DNA from: Candidatus Eiseniibacteriota bacterium
GTDB taxonomy: Bacteria > Eisenbacteria > RBG-16-71-46
Assembly (NCBI GenBank): GCA_016215625.1
Contig: JACRIW010000058.1
Span: 32,252 to 96,251 of the forward strand
DNA: 64,000 nt
Reading direction: 5' to 3'
Shown here: one piece after another, positions 48,201 through 55,239 of the stretch
Position numbering within the stretch: the stretch's first letter is position 1
How the letters are laid out: the number at the start of each line of letters is the position of its first letter
Translations under genes and position numbers: made by a program
The notes under the pieces: model-generated
Told to the model about the DNA's origin: nothing
The model's input: only the letters and a program-made list of their open reading frames with translations
The model's database searches: none

Positions 48201-49792
48201 GGGCCGAGCGTTTCGTCGGCGCGCACGTGCAGGAGGTTGCTCGTGACGGAGACGCCGGGTGCGGCGAACGAGCCGCCCACGTACCAGCCGCCCGCGCCGT
48301 CGCTCACAACGGCCTGTCCCGTTCCCGAGATGCCGAGCGGTTCCGTGTAGGTGATCGTGCCCGCCGTGTCGGCGTGCATGAAGCCGCTCGAGACGGGAGT
48401 GATCGCGCCGATGATGCCGCCGGCGTACAGCGCCGTGGCGGAGGCGGTCAGTGCGTTCACGCCGTTGCCACAGCCCCACGGCTGCTGCGCCGAGAGCAGC
48501 ATGCGCCGCCAGTCGAGCGAGGCGAGACCGTAGCGCGAGGTGCCGCCCATGGTCGTGAAGGCGCCGCCCACGAACAGCCGGTCGCCGCTCCGCACGAGCG
48601 CGTGCACGACGCTGCTCGGCGCGGGAGGGGCGCTCAGCAACACACCCGTGCTCGCCTGGTACGCGGCGAGGTAGGGGCGGAACTGGCCGTCGCAGTACGT
48701 GAACGCGCCGCCGACGAAGAGCGTGTCGCCGCAGAGCGCGAGCGCGCGCACTTCGCCGTTCGGCGAGGGCGTCCACGGCGCGAGCGTGCCGTCGGCGTTC
48801 ACGTGCAGCAGGTTCGTCCGCGCCTGGCCGCGTGCGTTCGTGACCGAGCCGCCGAAGAACCAGCCGCCGTTGCCGTCGGGGACGATCGTGCGCACGGTGC
48901 CGACGACGTCCTCGAACGGTGACGTCGGGTTCCCGGAGACGGTGTCGAGCCGCGCGAACGATCCGGTCGGCGGCGAGAGGTAGGAGAAGTCACCCGAGAG
49001 GAATAGCCGGTCGCTGTTCGCGGCCAGCGAGAGCAATTGGCCGCTCGCCTGGCGGTCGGGGCCGGAGGGAACGTCCGGGAGGAGTGCGCCGCTCGCGGGG
49101 TCGAACGCCGCGATGGCCGCGCGCGGCTCACCGTTCATGGAGCGGAACGAACCGTAGGCGTAGAGCTTGCCGTTCGCGAGCAGGAAGTCCCGGACCGTTC
49201 CCGTGGCCGGCACGGGATTCCACGCGAATGCCGCGGCGGTGCCGGTGTCGATCGCCGCGACGCCGTTGCGCGATTCGCCACCGATCTGCGTGAACGCACC
49301 CGTCACGTACAGCCGGCCGCCGGCGAAGGTCATCGCGTTCACGTTGCCGTTGGGCGCCGGCGCCCAGTCCGCGAGCGTGCCGTCCGCGCGGACGTGCAGC
49401 ATCCGCACGTGCGGCTGGCCCTGCGCGAGCACGAAGCTGCCGCCGAGGAACCAGCCACCCGTGCTGTCGCTCGCGGCGCACAGCACCTGCGAGTTCCAGT
49501 AGTACGGGATGTTCAGGCGGGGAAAGCCCGGCTTCGGGTCCGCGGTGGGAAGGACGACCGCACTTCCCGTGAACGGTCCGATGCGCGTGAACGAGCCGCC
49601 GACGAACAACGTCGAGCCCGTGGACTTCATCGTCAGGACGGCGCCGTCGGTGACGAAGCTGCTGTCGCGAAGGGTGAGCGCGCTCGCGCTGGTCGGGATC
49701 GCGGCGAGGCAGGCGAACGAGAGCGCGGCGAACAAGCGGAAAACCGAACGGCGCGTTGCGCCGGGCGTGAGAGCAGTTGGGTTGCGGAACAT
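45290..49792 (-). CDS. Giant secreted delta-60/DUF5122-type beta-propeller repeat protein (~1500 aa), paralogue of the 33814..38316 gene, with a FlgD-Ig/T9SS-type tail
   Basis: ATG at 49792 gives MFRNPTALTPGATRRSVFRLFAALSFACLAAIPTSASA. The N-termini of the two paralogues align: FVTDGAVLTMKSTGSTLFVGGSFTRIGPFTG here versus FTTDGSVSAVATTGTRTFIGGTFSRVGPVTG. Tail: GLYWYRLEYGGRILVRSVTVRP. Confidence 0.8.
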   Translation of the reverse strand: MFRNPTALTPGATRRSVFRLFAALSFACLAAIPTSASALTLRDSSFVTDGAVLTMKSTGSTLFVGGSFTRIGPFTGSAVVLPTADPKPGFPRLNIPYYWNSQVLCAASDSTGGWFLGGSFVLAQGQPHVRMLHVRADGTLADWAPAPNGNVNAMTFAGGRLYVTGAFTQIGGESRNGVAAIDTGTAAAFAWNPVPATGTVRDFLLANGKLYAYGSFRSMNGEPRAAIAAFDPASGALLPDVPSGPDRQASGQLLSLAANSDRLFLSGDFSYLSPPTGSFARLDTVSGNPTSPFEDVVGTVRTIVPDGNGGWFFGGSVTNARGQARTNLLHVNADGTLAPWTPSPNGEVRALALCGDTLFVGGAFTYCDGQFRPYLAAYQASTGVLLSAPPAPSSVVHALVRSGDRLFVGGAFTTMGGTSRYGLASLDWRRMLLSAQQPWGCGNGVNALTASATALYAGGIIGAITPVSSGFMHADTAGTITYTEPLGISGTGQAVVSDGAGGWYVGGSFAAPGVSVTSNLLHVRADETLGPLAPDVNGTILALLRSGTTLYLGGTFTSVNGSPRAGLAAIDVTTGALLPFDAALSSGASVRALTLLGDSLYVGGAFTAAGGQPRASAACVQAATGSLFAWDPQLSRTGGTPSVRKFVHSGGVLWTAGRFSHAAGQPRGNVAALDAVTAAPGAWTVDVITAQETTVEVLGNTVFVGGDFATVNGQPVSNLVALDATTGIKLPTWSAQPNGAVRVLQLHGGTLYLGGEFDFVNAAMRMRVAALNASTGTLLGWAPVANTFVYSIARDGNRVAMAGAFGTGNSITVHNAVGFSLASGRPNGFAPNVDGEVTALGTADGVVYVGGSFVTINAVTRVRLGAVAENGTLTSWASHSPALVYALTPYGSRLYVGGEINGKGSIRAISRVTGSAATWNPAPSGPIFALNAGSSLTAGGNCVGFGGASRSLLGSVTIATGAPTTWAPVINSPPTALLWNNGTLFAGGSFTTIASASHRYLAAWNTSTNALLPFDPVPDGAVSTLALGSDTLFTGGAFSNIAGSPRLRLAAFSASSLALLGVDPGVNGNVAVLEADRGRMLVAGAFTSVGMSARGGLAAVDLRTGYVRPWDPRTFGNVDDLHLSNGRVYAVGTFFRTEAPVRNLAAAFDTATAEVSPWAPEPDGTVFSMAEHEGTFYLGGAFSSAGGAARTSLAQVDTTAGLATAWNPGTNGTPIRLAVDSGTLFVGGAFTSAGGQPRGNGAAFDATTGVLTSWNPSANNQITSFAFQPGELFVGGAFTSIGGASRPKLALLSRTTGLATAWNAGMSSGVSEQVDVLDLNNGLLFVGGTFGSVANGAYGSFNLALLDAPTGAPIAWRPDPWQGVHALLRDRGTLHVGGFFSTIASEGHPFYAALLDPSYQLELLDAPAEPAVTAFTLGAPTPNPARNRSRLAFTLPAAGAVRLGLFDVTGRRVAALLSGERLEAGRHEHTVDVSRQAPGLYWYRLEYGGRILVRSVTVRP

Positions 49793-50019
49793 GGCGGCGA
49801 CTCCGAGTGTGCATTTGCGCCGGGGCCCGGGGGATGGGAGCGGCGCCACCTGCCGTGAAGCTTAGCATCGCGGTTGACAGAAACCATACAGGTGCCCGTG
49901 CGGCCCGGACATGCTCCCTTTGGAGTAATGCGCCGCGCTCCCGCGAGGGACTACGCTCGGCCTCGTCCTCCGATGTACCGCTGCACTTCTTGAAGGGGAG
50001 ACCCTCCGTGAATCCATAC

Positions 50020-52353
50020 ATGCGTGCACTGGCTTCGCTGAAGCTGACCGTGGGCCTGCTGATCGTGATCGCGATCGTGCTGTCCTACGCGACCATCCTC
50101 GAGTCCATGCGCGGCACCGAAGCCGCGCAGTCCGTCTACAACGCGATGTGGTTCTACGCGCTGCAGGGGTTGTTCTCGCTGAACATCGTGGCGGCGCTGT
50201 GGGAGCGCTGGCCCCGCAACCGCTGGCGCATCGGTTTCGTCATCACCCACGCCTCGATGCTGCTCATCTTCGGCGGCGCGCTCGTCACCCTGACGCAGGC
50301 CATCTCGGGCGAGCTGCAGCTGTGGGAGGGCGAGAGCGCCCGGGTGTTCGAGCGCCAGCAGCGCGGCTTCGCCCGCGCGCCGATGCCGCTGCCGTTCACG
50401 GTGCGGCTCGATGCGTACGAGATGGACTACTACCCGGGCACGATGCGGCCGGCGAACTTCCGCAGCCGTGTCACGCTCATCGAAGCCGACGGACGCGAGA
50501 GCAAGGCCGCGATCTACATGAACCACCCGCTCACGCACCACGGCTACACGTTCTTCCAGTCGAGCTATCACGTCGAGGACGGCCGCGAGATGACCGTGCT
50601 GTCGGTGTCGAAGGACCCGGGCATGCCGATCGTCTTCTACGGCTTCTACCTCCTGATCCTCGGCATGTGCGTCGTGCTGTTCACGCGCATCATGCAGTTC
50701 CGCGAGGCCGAACGCGTGCGCGCGGCGACGAAGAAGACGGGCATCGGCATCCCGATCGTGCATCGCGCCGCGATCGTCGTGGCGTGCGCGGCTTCGGCCG
50801 TGCTCGCGGGGAACGCGTTCGCGCAGAACGGCCACCAGCACGGCCCGCCGCAGGTGGCGCCGCCGGCGATGGTCGAGGCGCTGCGCCGCATGCCGGTGCA
50901 GCACGACGGCCGCGAGATGCCGTTCGACACGCAGGCGCGTGAGGCCGTGCGCGTCGTGACCGGGCAGCGCGCGTTCGGCGGCATCGATCCCGTCGCGATG
51001 GTCATGGGCTGGCAGATGGACCAGCACGGCTGGCTCGAAGCGCCGATCATCAAGGTGGACGCGCACGTCGCGCAGCTCGTGGGCGCGCCGGGCGTCAAGC
51101 ACGTCAGCTTCAACCAGCTGCTCGCGAGTTCGGCGCTGCGCCAGGAGATCGGGCCGGCGATCGAACGCTCACAGGCCGACCAGCCGCAGATGCCGGGCGA
51201 CAAGGCGCTGCTCAAGCTGGACGAGCGCATCACCGTGTTCGACGCGTACCTGCGCGGCGCGGGCATCGTCGCGGTTCCCGCGGCCGATCGCGCGACGCGC
51301 TGGACGGCTCCCGCCAACGTCACCGACCCGGCGGCGTTCACGGCGATCGAGCCCGAGGTGCGGCGCAACCCGCCGCCATTCTACCCGTCGCGCGCGCTCA
51401 TCGACGCCGAGATGCGCTACAACGCGGTGAACCCGGTCGGCCTCGCGTGGTGGCTGCTGCTGCCCGCGGCGATCGCCGCCGGACTCACGCTCGAACGTGA
51501 CCGCTTCCGGCTGCGCTTCGCCTCGATCGTGCTGCTCGTCGCGGGCTTCGTCGTGATGACGTGGGGCATCGCGGTGCGCTGGCAGTTCGCCGGCCGCATC
51601 CCCGCGTCGAACATGTACGAGTCCATGATGTTCCTCGGCTGGGGCGTGGGGCTGTTCGGTGTCGCCGCGATGTTCTTCAAGAACCGCATCCCGACGTTCA
51701 ACGCCGCGGCCATGTCGGCGCTCACGATGTTCCTGCTCGACCGGCTGCCGATGGACCCGTTCGTCCATCCGATGCCGCCGGTGCTCGCGGGGACGCCGTG
51801 GCTCGCCATCCACGTGCCGATCATCATGGTGAGCTACTCGACGTTCGCGATCGCCACGTTCCTCGCGCACGCGCAGCTCGGCGTGGAGCTGTTCCGCCCG
51901 AACGACCGCGCCGCGGTGCAGAAGTGGGCCGACATCCTCTACTGGTACCTGATGGTCGGTTCGATCCTGCTCGTGACCGGCATCATCACCGGTTCGATCT
52001 GGGCGTCCGAGTCGTGGGGCACGTACTGGGGCTGGGACCCGAAGGAAGTCTGGTCGCTCGTCGCGTTCCTCGCCTACATGGCGATCCTGCACGCGCGCAG
52101 CGACGGCCAGATGGGTGCGTTCGGCGTGGCGCTGTGGTCGATCGTCGGCTTCTGGACGATCCTCATGACGTACCTGGGCGTGAACTTCGTGCTCGGCACG
52201 GGCATGCACTCGTACGGCATGGGCAGCTCGAACATCGTGCGCTCGATGCTCATGGTCGGCGGCGCCGAGACGCTCTTCCTGTTCCTGTGCTGGTACCAGC
52301 GCGCGAGCCGCGAAGCGGCCGAGATCGACGCGAGGAACGCCGCGAAGAGCTAG
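50020..52353 (+). CDS. ccsBA: Fused cytochrome c biogenesis protein CcsBA (ResB/Ccs1 + CcsA/ResC), system II
   Basis: The N-terminal half resembles ResB, with a transmembrane segment, a large periplasmic loop and His residues. The C-terminal half is CcsA with the Trp-rich WWD motif WGTYWGWDPKEVWSLVAFL and conserved His residues. The start is ATG 50020 or GTG 50008. Confidence 0.8.
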   Translation: MRALASLKLTVGLLIVIAIVLSYATILESMRGTEAAQSVYNAMWFYALQGLFSLNIVAALWERWPRNRWRIGFVITHASMLLIFGGALVTLTQAISGELQLWEGESARVFERQQRGFARAPMPLPFTVRLDAYEMDYYPGTMRPANFRSRVTLIEADGRESKAAIYMNHPLTHHGYTFFQSSYHVEDGREMTVLSVSKDPGMPIVFYGFYLLILGMCVVLFTRIMQFREAERVRAATKKTGIGIPIVHRAAIVVACAASAVLAGNAFAQNGHQHGPPQVAPPAMVEALRRMPVQHDGREMPFDTQAREAVRVVTGQRAFGGIDPVAMVMGWQMDQHGWLEAPIIKVDAHVAQLVGAPGVKHVSFNQLLASSALRQEIGPAIERSQADQPQMPGDKALLKLDERITVFDAYLRGAGIVAVPAADRATRWTAPANVTDPAAFTAIEPEVRRNPPPFYPSRALIDAEMRYNAVNPVGLAWWLLLPAAIAAGLTLERDRFRLRFASIVLLVAGFVVMTWGIAVRWQFAGRIPASNMYESMMFLGWGVGLFGVAAMFFKNRIPTFNAAAMSALTMFLLDRLPMDPFVHPMPPVLAGTPWLAIHVPIIMVSYSTFAIATFLAHAQLGVELFRPNDRAAVQKWADILYWYLMVGSILLVTGIITGSIWASESWGTYWGWDPKEVWSLVAFLAYMAILHARSDGQMGAFGVALWSIVGFWTILMTYLGVNFVLGTGMHSYGMGSSNIVRSMLMVGGAETLFLFLCWYQRASREAAEIDARNAAKS

Positions 52354-52436
52354 AGGGTGGAGGTTTCTTGCACGGCGCCGCGTGTGGCAGGATGCCCGCG
52401 CGGCGCCGAACCGTTCGCGCCGGGAGGGAGGCTCGC

Positions 52437-52676
52437 ATGAAGGACTCGAAGGACACCGCCGTCGCCACGCTGCTCGAGGAAGTGCTCGACGACACGAAGA
52501 CGAACGAGCGCGTCGCGCACCTCGTGCTCAAGTCCGACTGGCCGATCGCGCTCTGCGGCGCGAACGTGAGCGATCACCTCGGCACGAAGGCGCCGGCCAT
52601 GGACCGCTGCACGGACTGCCTCAAGATCGCCGCCACGCGCGGCCTCGGCCGCCCGGGCTGGGACCTGAAGGGCTGA
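52437..52676 (+). CDS. Small hypothetical protein (79 aa) with a three-Cys cluster
   Basis: GGAGG ribosome-binding site 6–8 nt upstream. High GC3. MKDSKDTAVATLLEEVLDD...ALCGAN...RCTDCLKIAATRG. No homologue that I recognise. Confidence 0.4.
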   Translation: MKDSKDTAVATLLEEVLDDTKTNERVAHLVLKSDWPIALCGANVSDHLGTKAPAMDRCTDCLKIAATRGLGRPGWDLKG

Positions 52677-52689
52677 GCGCCGGAGCCGT

Positions 52690-53418
52690 TCAGCGCGCGA
52701 AGGTCTTCAGCGTGCCCCACGAGCGCCGGCGCACGTCGACGGCCGCGCTCGTCTCGCAGAACGCGATGCTGTCGAAGCCGACGTTCGGATCGGGGCTCGG
52801 GCCGAAGCGCAGCTCCACGCGCGTGATGCCCGTACCCGCGAGCGAGAACGTGAAGTTGCCGGGCAGGCCCGCCTGGCTCAGGCACGCGTCGCCGCTCGTG
52901 CTGTCCACCGCGGCGGCACCGGTCAGCGTGCCCACGGCGACGACGGCATGGCTCGCGTCGTAGGCGGTGAGCGTCGCGCCGTGCACCGCGCCGCCGTACG
53001 GGTAGTAGTCGCCGAAGTCGAAGAGCTTGATCGCGAAGCAGCCCACGGTGACGCCGGGCGCGAACGTGAAGTCGTAGTCGAGCACGCAGTTCGCGGGATG
53101 GCCCATGCCGCGAACGCCGTCGAGGCAGCCGTTGCTCACGCCGGCGCCGGTCGAGTAGCTCGAGTACGGGAACGTGTTGCCTTCCTCGATCACGCGTGAC
53201 GTGCCCGTCGGGCAGCCGGGGCCGAACGCCCATGCGACGCTCGTGATGCGCAGGTCCGGGTCCACCGCGCCGAGCCCTTCGACCACCGTGCCGGGGGCGA
53301 ACGACTCGAACGTGACGCCGTGGAACGCGCCGGCGCACACGCCCGGGGTGCAGGCGGCGAAGGCGGAGGACGGTGCGGCGAGCAGTGACGCGGCGAGTGC
53401 GAGGGCGAGCGGACGCAT
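52690..53418 (-). CDS. Secreted Cys-containing hypothetical protein ending in the C-terminal motif RSWGTLKTFAR
   Basis: ATG at 53418 gives MRPLALALAASLLAAPSSAFA, a signal peptide. 243 aa with 10 Cys and Gly/Thr richness. It is the third member of the shared terminal-motif set. Confidence 0.7.
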   Translation of the reverse strand: MRPLALALAASLLAAPSSAFAACTPGVCAGAFHGVTFESFAPGTVVEGLGAVDPDLRITSVAWAFGPGCPTGTSRVIEEGNTFPYSSYSTGAGVSNGCLDGVRGMGHPANCVLDYDFTFAPGVTVGCFAIKLFDFGDYYPYGGAVHGATLTAYDASHAVVAVGTLTGAAAVDSTSGDACLSQAGLPGNFTFSLAGTGITRVELRFGPSPDPNVGFDSIAFCETSAAVDVRRRSWGTLKTFAR

Positions 53419-53532
53419 GGGGACTCCCGGGACGGAGACGGGGTTCGAGGGTGCGCCGAAGTGCGTGGGCGGCCACGAGGCTCGCACGCGCGTGCCGCAA
53501 GGGGCCAGCGAAATCGCGCTGTTTCGTGACGC

Positions 53533-54102
53533 CTATCCCGCGTTTCGCCGTGCCTTCCACTCGTGCGCGAGCAGTCCGAAGAGCGCGGTGTCGGAGATCT
53601 CTTCGCCGACCTTCCAGCGCTCGCGCAGCGTGCCCTCGAGGCGAAAGCCGAGTTTCTCGACCGCGCGCACCGAAGCGGTGTTGCGAGGGTCGGCGTCCGC
53701 TTCGAGCCGGCGCAGGCCGAGCGGTCCGAAGGCGTAGTCCACGACCGCGACGAGCGCCTCGTGCGCGTAGCCCCGGCCCCAGTGACGCCGGGCGAGGCCG
53801 TAGCCGAGCTCCGCGCGATCGCTCGGCTCGACGAACGAGAACAACGACACCTGGCCGAGCGCGCGGTCGTCCTCGGGGCGCGTCACCGACCAGCGCAGGC
53901 CCGTGCGTTCGGGAAAGAACGTGCGGGCGCGTTCGCGCGCGGCGATCGCCTCGGACATCTCGCGCATCGGCGGGCGGCTCCAGTAGCGCATCGCGACCGG
54001 ATCGCTCTCCATCTCGAAGATCGCTTCGGCGTCGTGGTCGGCGATGCCGCGCAGCACGAGCCGCTCGGTCGTGAGCACGGGGAAGGTCGCGGGGAAGTTC
54101 AT
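53533..54102 (-). CDS. GNAT-family N-acetyltransferase (RimJ/RimL-like)
   Basis: LRGIADHDAEAIFEMESDP...GYGLARRHWGRGYAHEALVAVVDYAF fits the GNAT A/B motifs. GAGGAG ribosome-binding site. Its start overlaps the upstream gene's stop (ATGA). Confidence 0.8.
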   Translation of the reverse strand: MNFPATFPVLTTERLVLRGIADHDAEAIFEMESDPVAMRYWSRPPMREMSEAIAARERARTFFPERTGLRWSVTRPEDDRALGQVSLFSFVEPSDRAELGYGLARRHWGRGYAHEALVAVVDYAFGPLGLRRLEADADPRNTASVRAVEKLGFRLEGTLRERWKVGEEISDTALFGLLAHEWKARRNAG

Positions 54103-55238
54103 CCGAAGTGCTCCTCGCTGCGGTGGGCCGGTTCACGGTGCGACGAGAGCATCTTGTCCCACGGGCCGCCCTGCCAGTTGTCGCGGCGCGGCGCCTCGTG
54201 CGTCCAGGGCGGCAGTTCGAACAGCAGGTGAGCCGCGAGCGCCTGCGCGTAGGGTTCGTAGCGCAGGCGGAGCGCCGCGAGGCGCGATTCGAATCCGGGA
54301 TCGTCGGGCAGCGCGCCGGGCGCGGACTCGAGCCGCTCGCGCAGCAGGCGGAAGGCCGCGGTCGGGAGCCGGTCCTCGCGCTCCGCGGGCAGCGCGTGCA
54401 CGAAGATCTGCGTCACGTCCACGAGCGCATGGCGCGCCATGGCGAACGTGAGCGACGCCTGTGACGTCGTCTCTTCCTTCCCGCGTGCGAGCAGCAGCGC
54501 CGTCGAGTCGAGGATCGCGACCAGCGCCGCGAGCCAGGACTGGTTCGTGTGCTGGGAGCGGTAGTAGGCGAGCTGCGGATACGAGATGTGCGTCTCGAGC
54601 AATTGTGCGGACCAGCGTTCCCACGACGCGAGCAGGTCGTCGCGAAGCCTTCCGTTTTCCGAGGGCGGCGTGCGGCGCAGGAACTCGGCGGCGGTCGGGG
54701 GCGAGCCGGCGCGTGCGTCCATGAGCGAAATCTCGAGTTCCCGCTGTGCGAACCCGCCGTACATCGTCGGCAGGTAGCCCACGACCGTGCCGAGGAAACC
54801 GAAGCCCGTACCGGCCTCGAACACCGCGATCGCACGCCCGGCCGCGGTCGCGGGCGTGACGTCGCCGAACCCGAGCGTGAAGAACGTCTCGCCGCTCATG
54901 TAGAGCCACGTCGTGAACGCGCGCGGCGCCTCGTTCGGGCCGTGCGTCGCCATCGCGAGCAGCGCGAACGCGACGATGAGGCCGATCGCCCACACGCCGA
55001 GCAGCAGGAGGAGTGAAAGCGGGCCGAAGAAGCCGAGCATCGCCTCGCGATCGGCGGGCTTCTCGACGCGGCGCGCGAGCGCACGCCAGATCCGCCACGC
55101 GAGGACGTAGAACCAGCGCGTGAGGCGCACGCGACGTCCGATGCGACGCGGTACGAGGATCGTCTCGAACGCGTCCCACAGGATCACCAGCACGAGTGCG
55201 GCACCCGCCACGGCGGAGAGGACGGAGGGCAGGTTCAT
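54099..55238 (-). CDS. Potassium-channel-like ion channel protein (pore signature TLGFGD) with a large cytoplasmic C-terminal domain
   Basis: Transmembrane helices flank the pore helix and selectivity-filter-like sequence FTTWLYMSGETFFTLGFGDVTP. It is followed by about 200 cytoplasmic residues. The start is 1 nt after the kinase stop (TGAaATG). Confidence 0.7.
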   Translation of the reverse strand: MNLPSVLSAVAGAALVLVILWDAFETILVPRRIGRRVRLTRWFYVLAWRIWRALARRVEKPADREAMLGFFGPLSLLLLLGVWAIGLIVAFALLAMATHGPNEAPRAFTTWLYMSGETFFTLGFGDVTPATAAGRAIAVFEAGTGFGFLGTVVGYLPTMYGGFAQRELEISLMDARAGSPPTAAEFLRRTPPSENGRLRDDLLASWERWSAQLLETHISYPQLAYYRSQHTNQSWLAALVAILDSTALLLARGKEETTSQASLTFAMARHALVDVTQIFVHALPAEREDRLPTAAFRLLRERLESAPGALPDDPGFESRLAALRLRYEPYAQALAAHLLFELPPWTHEAPRRDNWQGGPWDKMLSSHREPAHRSEEHFG

Positions 55239-55239
55239 T

